Origin: Macrostomum lignano
Lineage: Eukaryota
Length of the DNA: 64,000 nucleotides
Direction of reading: 5' to 3'
NCBI GenBank assembly: GCA_002269645.1
Contig: NIVC01002437.1
Coordinates: 62,001 to 126,000 of the forward strand
Shown: piece after piece, positions 21,258-31,987 of the stretch
How positions within the stretch are numbered: position 1 is the first letter of the stretch
Layout of the letters: the number at the start of each line of letters is the position of its first letter
Notes under the pieces: generated by a model
Database searches by the model: none
What the model saw: the letters and a program-made list of their open reading frames with translations, nothing else
What the model was told of the DNA's origin: nothing
Made by a program: the position numbers and the translations under genes

Positions 21258-24194
21258 ATGTCCGATTTTACTTGCTCTCAATGTGGTCATCAATTCAGCA
21301 AAGCAGCCAATTTGAACCGACATCTCGAAACGACTAGATGTGGTCGCTGCTCATCTGAATCGTCTGGAGCCTTCGCGCCTCCGAGAAACGCACGAGAGGC
21401 GCTTCAGTTTCTTGCGGTCGGTGGTAAGTATGTGAAAGTTTTTTTGAACCCAAACCTTTTTCCACGAACCGCAAATGAGAAGGAGTTCAAACGTATTTGC
21501 GGTCTTAGCTATAGTGATTTCGATAGCTTCTCAGAAATGTTACCAGAAGTATCTCGCCTTCGTATTTTGACAAAGCCATCTCGAATATTTTTGTACCTGA
21601 AGAAGCTTCGCCAAGGTTGCAGCTTTCAATCATTAGCTTTCGATTTCAACATTTCTGCCCAAAGAGCATGCGACATTTTTTGGGAGATTGCCAAGGAGCA
21701 GTACCTACGGGATCCATATCAACCGAGGTCGATAGCGTCGACTCCGATTCAGACTCTGCTTGAGGAAAATGTAGTACGCGATCAATTTATTCTCGGTGTA
21801 TTTCACACACTACTCAAAGGCAAGAAGCTTGTTCTTCTAGTGGGTGATCATACTTACTTTTATCTCCCTAAGAGCAGCTCACACCACACGCAAATTCGAA
21901 CTTACTTTTCCGGCAAGAAAATGAATGTGAACAAAAAAATGGCGGTTGTCAACAGTAGAGGAAAAATTATCTACACCGCTCCCCTTACCGCCGCTATCTC
22001 GCCAACAATGGGCGATGGGAATTTGACTGCAATGCAAGTTGACATGGAGGCTGAAGGACTAATAGAGCCCACTTTGTTGCGCATTCTGTGCTCTGTACAG
22101 AAAGATTATCACGTTATTGGCATTTTCGACAAAGGTTACAGCCACCAACTTTGTTCACCAACTTCGGTTAACTTCCGCGACTTTATAGAGACTAATAGTA
22201 AAGGCTGCACGACGCTTCTATTTCCGACCAGTCCAGGTGACCGAGTTCTAAACGAGCAGTTTGAATTTGTAAATAATGAGGCTCCTGTTGGTGACCGATC
22301 AATACCAGGAAAGCTTACATCAATCGAAGCAAATACAAGTCGCTGCGCTACGCTTTTCCGTTATCTCGTAGAATGTAGCTTTGCTGCAATCAAGCAGGAC
22401 AAATGCATAAATGAGCGACAGGAGCCGTACCAATGGCTACATGCCCCAGAGTTTACCGAACGCAGCCGGCTCGATGTTGTTATTGAAAACTCCATGGCAA
22501 AATTCAACCGTTCGCATCCAGGATTTCAAGCTACAAGGAGTCTGCCGCCGTCATGGTCAGATTGCTCCATGTTCGAATACGGACGGAACTTTGCTAAACG
22601 TCTTTTCATTGCGAATGAGCTAGACGAAATTGAGCAACTTGAGTACAATTGCGATTTGACTCGAATACCAACGAGTTCTACCCGAAAATGGACAGCAGTG
22701 GATCCCCTGGACCCTGAAAGTTCAGGGTTCCCCAGCGTTGACGAAAGAAATCTGGAAGAGCTTAGCATCGGCCCATACCACGTTCTTCAGTCAAAACGCT
22801 ACATCGAAAACGTCAGAGTTCATGAGGTGCTCAGTAGCTACGCTGGAGACTCGTGGCGCGATTTCGAATTGTTGATTTCTGAACTGCCAAGCCATTTAAA
22901 ATGCTGGAAGTTTCATCAGCGAGCGCCACCAAAGGGGTGGAGCAGTAAGTTTGGAGAATGGAGGCCATCTTGGATATATTTAGCCGTTCTTCATTCCCGT
23001 CATCGGTCAAAAACTTACCGAGTTGTCCTTCGTATTTGCGAAACTGCAAGTGGTAACCGATTCGGATTTCGTTACTCGGGGCTGCTGCGTCTGCATGGCT
23101 ACTTTTCATCCTCAAAGGCCGGAAGCAGGACAGCAGGGTGTGACAGTCATGTTATGGCTGTGGTTAGAATGCTAGGCTGTTATGCATATCACCCCGAAAG
23201 CTACAACATGTGCGGCAGCAGCTTCCGATTTATTGACAGTGCTTTGCCAAAAGCACTGATTGCCAATCTTTACAATGATCAATCTGGTGGTCATCCAGCT
23301 CCAAATGCACCTCGCAGAGACAGTGCTGAATCGCAGCAAGATGAACAGAGGCACAGTTCAAATGCTACTGGTTCATTGAATTCGCCGAAGAAGTTATTTG
23401 GGTTGCCAAATAATGGCCTGCAGTGCTACGCAAATGCAGCAGTGCAATTGTTTCTCTGCCTGCATTCTAATGGATGCATTTTAAAAGAGACTAGCAACGA
23501 CCAAGTCCATCGAGAGCTGCTTCGTCTTCTGACGGAGATGCAACAGCGGTCTGCAACAGTCACTCCACTGTTAACGGCAGTTCGGTTGCAACATCCAGAT
23601 TCATTTCAAACAAATCAGCACCATTGCGTCAACGAATTTGTTCAAACGCTTCTAATACATCTGGAATTTCTGTCATCAGATGCTTTCACAGAATTTTCAC
23701 TCATTCAAACTTGTCGGGATTGCCAGCGCACAAGTGCTGAAGTTCCTGTTGGCACAATCGATAACAGAGTGATTTGCATTCCTCTCTGTCAATTTGAGCG
23801 CTCAATTGTCAGTTTAGACAAAATCTTCTGCGCTTTTGTCGCTCCTCAGGTAGTGAAATGTTCGGACGCCAATTGCCTGGGCGATTGTAATCAAGAGATC
23901 GTAGTAACACCTGGAAAGTTTACCCTGATATATCTTGATCGTGCTAGTATGGATGGCCACCTTAAGCTTCAAACTCCTGTAAGCTTTTCTTCAAGGTCAG
24001 GGGGTGTTTCTACACTTGGTAAGCCAGTGGCCACAATATCACACCATGGAAACCGACTGAAATCGGGACATTTCACAGCAAGCGTACTGAGCTGTGTGTG
24101 GACGAGAATTGACGACATGAAAGTTACGTCAGACTATAACCCGTTCGTACGTGAGCCTGAGTGCATCGTGCTCGTTGCACTTTTAAACTCGTAA
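21258..24194 (+). CDS. Fusion protein: Zn-finger + HTH + DDE transposase (IS5/PIF-Harbinger/ISL2EU/Spy-type) + SWIM-like segment + USP/peptidase C19 deubiquitinase domain
   Basis: Uninterrupted ORF (track 21249-24194; first ATG at 21258). CSQC-x12-H finger; IFLYLKKLRQGCSFQSLAFDFNISAQRACDIF (HTH); catalytic candidates VGDHTY (D at 21846), IFDKGY (D at 22128), RYLVECSF (E at 22371). USP Cys box GLPNNGLQCYANAAVQ (C at 23424), His box SHHGNRLKSGHFTA (H at 24069), WTRIDDMKV (D at 24111/24114). Confidence 0.88.
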   Translation: MSDFTCSQCGHQFSKAANLNRHLETTRCGRCSSESSGAFAPPRNAREALQFLAVGGKYVKVFLNPNLFPRTANEKEFKRICGLSYSDFDSFSEMLPEVSRLRILTKPSRIFLYLKKLRQGCSFQSLAFDFNISAQRACDIFWEIAKEQYLRDPYQPRSIASTPIQTLLEENVVRDQFILGVFHTLLKGKKLVLLVGDHTYFYLPKSSSHHTQIRTYFSGKKMNVNKKMAVVNSRGKIIYTAPLTAAISPTMGDGNLTAMQVDMEAEGLIEPTLLRILCSVQKDYHVIGIFDKGYSHQLCSPTSVNFRDFIETNSKGCTTLLFPTSPGDRVLNEQFEFVNNEAPVGDRSIPGKLTSIEANTSRCATLFRYLVECSFAAIKQDKCINERQEPYQWLHAPEFTERSRLDVVIENSMAKFNRSHPGFQATRSLPPSWSDCSMFEYGRNFAKRLFIANELDEIEQLEYNCDLTRIPTSSTRKWTAVDPLDPESSGFPSVDERNLEELSIGPYHVLQSKRYIENVRVHEVLSSYAGDSWRDFELLISELPSHLKCWKFHQRAPPKGWSSKFGEWRPSWIYLAVLHSRHRSKTYRVVLRICETASGNRFGFRYSGLLRLHGYFSSSKAGSRTAGCDSHVMAVVRMLGCYAYHPESYNMCGSSFRFIDSALPKALIANLYNDQSGGHPAPNAPRRDSAESQQDEQRHSSNATGSLNSPKKLFGLPNNGLQCYANAAVQLFLCLHSNGCILKETSNDQVHRELLRLLTEMQQRSATVTPLLTAVRLQHPDSFQTNQHHCVNEFVQTLLIHLEFLSSDAFTEFSLIQTCRDCQRTSAEVPVGTIDNRVICIPLCQFERSIVSLDKIFCAFVAPQVVKCSDANCLGDCNQEIVVTPGKFTLIYLDRASMDGHLKLQTPVSFSSRSGGVSTLGKPVATISHHGNRLKSGHFTASVLSCVWTRIDDMKVTSDYNPFVREPECIVLVALLNS

Positions 24195-24804
24195 AAGCAT
24201 TTTTAGCGAAAATACAATTGTTTTAAGCGAGTGTACTGTACGTTTTGTATTGCAGATTTTAAAGGACATGCAGATTAAGAAACAATGTCATCTCACGCAT
24301 TCTTTACGTACCATAGGTTACATGTGAAGATAATTCAGACTGACATCAAATAACAAAAGCTTTGAATTAGTTGTTTCAATTTCTTTTAGACTCACAATTA
24401 ACTAAAAATTGGAAGTATTTTTTACTGAAGCAAAGAACTTAAACCCAAAAACCGTTTCTTAGGACTGAGAAACTTTTGCAATTATGATTTTACTAAGCTT
24501 TGCGTGAGAGGCGTTACTTTATTTGCTTAAAAACGTGTGCTGCTTTGCATGACATGCTTTGTTTTTATTACTTTGATAACTTGTACAGCTTTGCATGATA
24601 TGCTTTGTATCCATTACGTCATAACTTGTACAGCCTTGCGTGATATTCTTTATTTTACCAATATACATGGTTTCGGTTTATCGTCAAAAGTTCTGCTTAC
24701 TAATAACCAAACGAATTTACAAGTTAATTTTTTCAAACTGAGTTTCCAGATCAGCATTTTTAACAGGTTTCGATACGAGCAAATCATTTTTATTACTTAA
24801 CAAT

Positions 24805-26925
24805 CAATGTATAATAGCTGAAATAAAATACACCCGCCAATGCGATATTCGAATTGAATAGAGCTTCGTCACTTGAAACCGGATGGGATGTCTCGGCGAT
24901 TCTAGTCGTCTGGGCCGACAACTTATCGATTGCAGTCGGTTTGGTCCGGAGCTGAACTTCGGGCTCCATTCCAGAGCCTTAAGTTGACACGAGATCCCCA
25001 TTTTATCCCCTTTATCCCCTGGGACCCCAAGGAAGGGAGCCGGATGGGATGTCTCGGCGATTCTAGTCGTCTGGGCCGACAAGTTATCGATTGCAGTCGG
25101 TTTGGTCCGGAGCTGAACTTCGGGCTCCATTCCAGAGCCTTAAGTTGACATGAGATCCCCATTTTATCCCCTTTATCCCCTGGGACCCCAAGGAAGGGAG
25201 CCGGATGGGATGTCTCGGCGATTCTAGTCGTCTGGGCCGACAAGTTATCGATTGCAGTCGGTTTGGTCCGGAGCTGAACTTCGGGCTCCATTCCAGAGCC
25301 TTAAGTTGACACGAGATCCCCATTTTATCCCCTTTATCCCCTGGGACCCCAAGGAAGGGAGCCGGATGGGATGTCTCGGCGATTCTAGTCGTCTGGGCCG
25401 ACAAGTTATCGATTGCAGTCGGTTTGGTACGGAGCTGAACTTCGGGCTCCATTCCAGAGCCTTAAGTTGACATGAGATCCCCATTTTATCCCCTTTATCC
25501 CCTGGGACCCCAAGGAAGGGAGCCGGATGGGATGTCTCGGCGATTCTAGTCGTCTGGGCCGACAAGTTATCGATTGCAGTCGGTTTGGTCCGGAGCTGAA
25601 CTTCGGGCTCCATTCCAGAGCCTTAAGTTGACATGAGATCCCCATTTTATCCCCTTTATCCCCTGGGACCCCAAGGAAGGGAGCCGGATGGGATGTCTCG
25701 GCGATTCTAGTCGTCTGGGCCGACAAGTTATCGATTGCAGTCGGTTTGGTCCGGAGCTGAACTTCGGGCTCCATTCCAGAGCCTTAAGTTGACATGAGAT
25801 CCCCATTTTATCCCCTTTATCCCCTGGGACCCCAAGGAAGGGAGCCGGATGGGATGTCTCGGCGATTCTAGTCGTCTGGGCCGACAAGTTATCGATTGCA
25901 GTCGGTTTGGTCCGGAGCTGAACTTCGGGCTCCATTCCAGAGCCTTAAGTTGACATGAGATCCCCATTTTATCCCCTTTATCCCCTGGGACCCCAAGGAA
26001 GGGAGCCGGATGGGATGTCTCGGCGATTCTAGTCGTCTGGGCCGACAACTTATCGATTGCAGTCGGTTTGGTCCGGAGCTGAACTTCGGGCTCCGTTCCG
26101 GGGCCTTAAGTTGACATGAGATCCCCATTTTGTCCCCTTTGTCCCCTGGGACCCCAAGGAGTGGAGCCGGATGGGATGTCTCGGCGATTCTAGTCGTCTG
26201 GGCCGACAACTTGTCGATTGCAGTCGGTTTGGTCCGGAGCTGGACTTCGGGCTCCATTCCAGGGCCTTAAGTTGACATGAGATCCCCATTTTATCCCCTT
26301 TATCCCCTGGGACCCCAAGGAAGGGAGCCGGATGGGATGTCTCGGCGATTCTAGTCGTCTGGGCCGACAACTTATCGATTGCAGTCGGTTTGGGCCGGAG
26401 CTGAACTTCGGGCTCCATTCCAGAGCCTTAAGTTGACATGAGATCCCCATTTTATCCCCTTTATCCCCTGGGACCCCAAGGAAGGGAGCCGGATGGGATG
26501 TCTCGGCGATTCTAGTCGTCTGGGCCGACAAGTTATCGATTGCAGTCGGTTTGGTCCGGAGCTGAACTTCGGGCTCCATTCCAGAGCCTTAAGTTGACAT
26601 GAGATCCCCATTTTATCCCCTTTATCCCCTGGGACCCCAAGGAAGGGAGCCGGATGGGATGTCTCGGCGATTCTAGTCGTCTGGGCCGACAAGTTATCGA
26701 TTGCAGTCGGTTTGGTCCGGAGCTGAACTTCGGGCTCCATTCCAGAGCCTTAAGTTGACATGAGATCCCCATTTTATCCCCTTTATCCCCTGGGACCCCA
26801 AGGAAGGGAGCCGGATGGGATGTCTCGGCGATTCTAGTCGTCTGGGCCATCAAGTTATCGATTGCAGTCGGTTTGGTCCGGAGCTGAACTTCGGGCTCCA
26901 TTCTGGTGCTTAAGTTGACATCCCC
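24805..26925 (-). repeat. Right TIR (2121 bp): ~75 bp unique inner segment plus 12 full and 1 partial 161-bp units
   Basis: Reverse complement of the left TIR with exactly 6 extra units (966 bp = 6 x 161). Confidence 0.95.
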
Positions 26926-27319
26926 TTTGAATTTATTGCTCCAGCTCTGCGTGGTTGACTCATTGATCGTACAATACGGTAAACTAATACGATAAATGAA
27001 CACTCGAAATAAGCGTGAGAACCTGCTGCAGTTTTTGGTATGAGCGTATATTAGCCATGATTGCTCTGAACGTTTCGAAAGTTAAACTCAGAACTGCCAG
27101 AATATACTCGTAATTGCCGAAAACATGCCTATATTTCTGTATCCCATGTATTGCAATTCCACATACTTTATAAACTTAGGCGAGTTGAGATAACGGGTCA
27201 GATAAAAATAAATTGATAAGCAGGAAAGCTTTTCGAAATAGTCTATGCTAGTTTTGGGAGTTTAAAGGTTCTGCTTAAGCGAGCTGACATGTCATTTAAG
27301 TTTGCTTCATATTGGACAG

Positions 27320-29290
27320 CTAAATCGGAAAGCTAAAATCGGACAGCGAGAGTTGAAATTCCTAGGACATATTCTAACCAGCGAAGGAGTCTAGATCGAT
27401 CCGGAGAAGATACGAAGCATCAAGGACATGCCGCATCCGAACAGTTACTCCCAGATATCTGAAAAAGCCGCGCAACTACAAAGATTTATCGAAGTTCATA
27501 CCAAATTTCTCAGCGCTTGCTTCACCTTTGCGACAGTTACTGAAAAAAGATGTAGCGTGGAACTGGGGAAAACGGCAGGAAGAAGCATATGAAGCAATTA
27601 AGGAATCACTGTGCAAAGCTCCACTATTGGGACAATTTAACCCAGATCAGAGTGTCATTCTAAGTGTAGATGCCAGTAAAGATGGACTCGGAGCCGCTTT
27701 GATGCAAGACGGACACGTCATTGAATACGCATCGTCATCGATGACTCCTGCTCAAAAGAAATATGCTCAAATCGAAAAAGAATTCTTGGCAATAGTCTTT
27801 AGATGTCGCAGATTTCGACAATACTTATGGGGTCGGCACGTACAGGTTGAATCAGATCACAAGCCCCTGCAATTCATTATGAAAAAGCCACTGAGTGAAC
27901 TATCAGCTCGACTGCAGCGACTAGCTTTGAAAATTCAAGAATTCGATCTCAATGTGACGTATGTACCCGGAAAAGAACTATACCTTGCGAATACAATAAG
28001 CCGCGCTTATCTGAAATCCGTACATTCATCCAATGATATTGATGATGACATTCAGTGCCAGACAACTTGCTAAAGGACATCCAGCATCACACAAATGCTG
28101 ACGATTTATGTCATATGCTAAAGGACCAGATTCGAGAGGGTTGGCCAGATGCCAAATCCCAAATAGCTGAAGAACTGAAGCCATTTTGGAATATTCGGCA
28201 TGAACTGATGGAGAATGACAGACTCATATACAAGAGCAGCAAAATATTCATTCCTGATGCAATGCGAAGATAAATGCTTCAAATCCTCCATGAAAGTCAT
28301 CAAGGCGTGGAAAAGACGTTGATGAAGGCTACTGAATCTGTATTTTGGCCTCGAATGCGCCATGACATTGAGCAATACATTTCTTCATGCGAAAAATGCC
28401 AAAGTTACCAAGCTCTTCATCAAAAAGAATCGATGAAAATGGTTGAAATACCTGAGTATCCATTTCAAGAGTGTGGAACTGACATTTTCTATTGGAAAGG
28501 GGAAACACACATTGTCCTGGTTGACAGGTTAAGTCGATGGATCTGCACTGATAAGATCACGACTACATCAGCAGAGTGCGTCATAAAACAGCTGTCACAA
28601 TATTTTGCTACCTATGGTACTCCAGAAGTGATAAGATGTGACAACGGACCTCCATTTGGATCCAACAGGTTTAAAGAGTTTGCTGAACAGAAAGGTATAC
28701 GAATTAGGACATCGTCGCCAAAATATCCACAATCAAATGGCCTATCAGAAAGAGCTGTTCAGACAGTTAAAGGATTTCTAAACAAAGCAGATATAAATTG
28801 TGCATTACTACACTATCGGAATACGCCAATTGAAAGAGGGCTACCGACACCGGCTGAGCTAGTGATGGGACGAAAGCTCAGATATCAACTGCCACTGCCC
28901 ATTGAACAGCTGAAACCAAGACAAGTCTGGACAAAACGTGAACTAGAGATTTTGGCAGAGAAGAACAGTAAACAGGCATTCTACTACAATCGCACTGCAC
29001 AAGACCTACGACCGTTTAAAGAAGGAGATCAGGTGTGGATGCAAGAAGATCGAAGACAATGGATTCCTGCAGAAATCGTGAAACCCGATGTCACTGACCC
29101 AGACAGGTCATACAAGTTCGAACTGCTACAGGTCGTGAATTCAGACGAAATCGCAGATTTCTGGCAAAGCGCAATACAGACCGCAGAATGCAGACCATAC
29201 CAGAGTATTCAAGGATTCAACTACCTAATCAGGATTCTAACAATGGAACGATTCAGACTTACAGCTCAGACGCTCATGCATCCGATATAG
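27320..29290 (+). pseudogene. Decayed Ty3/Gypsy pol fragment (RT end, RNase H, integrase)
   Basis: KFLGHILTSEGV*IDPEKIRSI (RT end, with stop at ~27392); LSVDASKDGLGAALMQ (RNase H); HESHQG...CEKC, GTDIFY, CDNGPPF, GLSERAV (integrase HHCC and D,D,E). Split by stops and frameshifts; 5'-truncated. Confidence 0.9.
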
Positions 29291-29469
29291 TACACAATTC
29301 TTAGCTGGATTCTGGAAAATCTGGTGGAACAAAATACATTACACGATATGGACGTGAAGTGAAGCCAACTCAATTTTACAAGGCTACATAATTATATGCA
29401 CTCAAACTGAATTAACTGACAATGCCATTTTCATTCATTCATCCATTAATGCGTATGACAATTCTTTTT

Positions 29470-29621
29470 GGAAAAAAGGGATGTCGCAGACAGACCGAAT
29501 TAAGTTGTCTATGACCTTAGCTTTATGTCTTTATAAGCTAAATATACGAGAGCTGCAGATCCGAACTAAGCGCAGCACAGACGGCTATGCCGTAATATAA
29601 CATTCATATCCGAAACATAAC
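29470..29621 (+). mobile_element. Putative polypurine tract plus start of Gypsy 3' LTR
   Basis: ggaaaaaagggA followed by TGTCG at 29482, downstream of integrase. The right end (...cataaca ~29621) is a guess and no second LTR is present. Confidence 0.45.
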
Positions 29622-30440
29622 AGTCACTTCAGCATCCACTGTCACCAGAAGGAAACATCCTGTTAACAGCTCTGTTCACTTCAGCATCCACTGTCACCAG
29701 AAGGAAACATCCTGTTAACAGCTCTGTTCACTTCAGCATCCACTGTCACCAGAAGGAAACATCCTGTTAACAGCTCTGTTCACTTCAGCATCCACTGTCA
29801 CCAGAAGGAAACATCCTGTTAACAGCTCTGTTCACTTCAGCATCCACTGTCACCAGAAGGAAACATCCTGTTAGCCTCTGATCACTTCAGCATCCACTGT
29901 CACCAGAAGGAAACATCCTGTTAGCCTCTGATCACTTCAGCATCCACTGTCACCAGAAGGAAACATCCTGTTAGCCTCTGATTACTCCAGCATCCACTGT
30001 CACCAGAAGGAAACATCCTGTTAGCCTCTGATTACTCCAGCATCCACTGTCACCAGAAGGAAACATCCTGTTAGCCTCTGATCACTCCAGCATCCACTGT
30101 CACCAGAAGGAAACATCCTGTTAGCCTCTGTTCACTTCAGCATCCACTGTCACCAGAAGGAAACATCCTGTTAGCCTCTGATCACTCCAGCATCCACTGT
30201 CCCCAGAAGGAAACATCCTGTTAACAACTCTGTTCACTTCAGCATCCACTGTCACCAGAAGGAAACATCCTGTTAGCCTCTGATCACTTCAGCATCCACT
30301 GTCACCAGAAGGAAACATCCTGTTAGCCTCTGATTACTCCAGCATCCACTGTCACCAGAAGGAAATATCCATCCTGTTAGCCTCTGATCACTTCAGCATC
30401 CACTGTCACCAGACGGAAACATCCTGTTAGCCTCTGATTA
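29622..30440. repeat. 50-52 bp minisatellite (cacttcagcatccactgtcaccagaaggaaacatcctgttagcctctg)
   Basis: About 16 tandem copies; the first few are 52 bp (ttaacagctctg), later ones 50 bp. Confidence 0.95.
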
Positions 30441-30929
30441 CTGGCGCTCCTCTGAAATGACAGAAAGCACCCCTATAGAAAAATGTATAGATTTAATTGG
30501 CTTATGACTTACGCGAGTACTAACAGCAAGTTTTGCGGCATCAGCAACATGTTGCTTATCCGATATCCAATATATTTCACAAATGAGGCTTGCAAGCCTA
30601 TTTCAATGGCTAATCCGAAGCGAAATCCTTTGCTGATCTGCTCATTTAAACAGCAAGGAAAGCGGGTTATAAGTTGTACAGAGAAAGTTTTTTTACACCG
30701 ATAAACCCGAAAGCTAAGCGCTGGGAGACAGATTAACCATAATTGTATGCGCTACAGCGTCAAGTGAGGAAACGCGAAGCAAAATATCATCAATGGCATT
30801 TTAGCTAGCGCAATTGTGGCTTTGTTAAATAATAATTTGATTGCGGAAAATTTCAAATTTCATTAACCACTAATGCTCATGGAAACTCAATATAACGGCA
30901 TAAGCCATTGTAAGCGGCTATATGAATAT

Positions 30930-31087
30930 GAGTAGGAGTAGATGGGAGGGGAGTAGATGGGAGGGGAGTAGATGGGAGGGGAGTAGATGGGAGGGGAGTA
31001 GATGGGAGGGGAGTAGATGGGAGGGGAGTAGATGGGAGGGGAGTAGATGGGAGGGGAGTAGATGGGAGGGGAGTAGATGGGAGGAGT
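30930..31087. repeat. 15-bp purine-rich repeat (gagtagatgggaggg)
   Basis: About 10 perfect copies. Confidence 0.95.
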
Positions 31088-31496
31088 AGACAGGAACACG
31101 CTCAAGGGAAAAGGAAACCGATAGAATTAACAGCAAAGATCTACAGACTGGAGTTACACACAAGTGTTTCAGAACGCGAATAATTAACAAACCAATCAGA
31201 TGAGACCAATATCAGTAGTATTATTAGAATTGCAACGGTGGGCAGCGAGTGGCGCAAGCAACAAAAAGCATGTAAGATATTAAGGAACTGTTAAAACAAA
31301 TTTTATTGAATTTGATTTTTTAATAACAAGCACTAAGAGATACAGGTAGGAAAGTAGTACAACAAATTGTCATTTAGTAAATAAATATGTATAAAAAATT
31401 AGTACCTAACACCTACCATCATACGGTAATAGTAGCATTATACTTAATTGCATATTTGCTACAGTATTAAGCAATGAAAATAGCTGTTTTTTGCCC

Positions 31497-31987
31497 TATG
31501 TCTGCCCATGTGTCTCTTTTGTCTGTCTGTCCATGTGTCTTTTTTGTCTGCCTGTCCAGGTGTCTTTTTTGTCTGTCTGTCCATGTGTCTTTTTTGTCTG
31601 CCTGTCCAGGTGTCTTTTTTGTCTGTCTGTCCATGTGTCTTTTTTGTCTGTCTGTCCAGGTGTCTTTTTTGTCTGTCTGTCCATGTGTCTTTTTTGTCTG
31701 CCTGTCCAGGTGTCTTTTTTGTCTGCCTGTCCATGTGTCCTTTTTGTCTGCCTGTCCATGTGTCCTTTTTTCTGCCTGTCCATGTGTCCTTTTTGTCTGC
31801 CTGTCCATGTGTCCTTTTTGTCGGCCTGTCCAGGTGTCTTTTTTGTCTGCCTGTCCATGTGTCCCTTTTGTCTGCCTGTCCAGGTGTCTTTTTTCTGTCT
31901 GTCTGTCCATGTGTCCTTTTTGTATGTCTGACTGTCTGTCTGTCTGTCTGTCTTGGTGTCTGTCTCTCTGTCTGTCTGTCTGTCTGT
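31497..31987. repeat. Complex (tgtc)-based pyrimidine-rich minisatellite
   Basis: tgtctttttgtctgcctgtcca[t/g]g units, then (tgtc)n. Confidence 0.9.

Larger units (their letters stand above)
19863..26925 (+). mobile_element. Autonomous-looking cut-and-paste DNA transposon, PHIS clade (Spy-like AAA|TTT site), with giant tandem-repeat TIRs and a transposase-USP fusion ORF
   Basis: Ends ggggatgtcaacttaagcaccagaatggagccc...gggctccattctggtgcttaagttgacatcccc are exact inverted copies, flanked by AAA (19860-62) and TTT (26926-28). A single long ORF lies between the TIRs. Confidence 0.9.

Noticed and set aside
24537-24800. 87-aa ORF inside the transposon as a second element gene
   Set aside because: Low-complexity, overlaps a ~45-bp local duplication, and has no Myb/SANT or nuclease motif.
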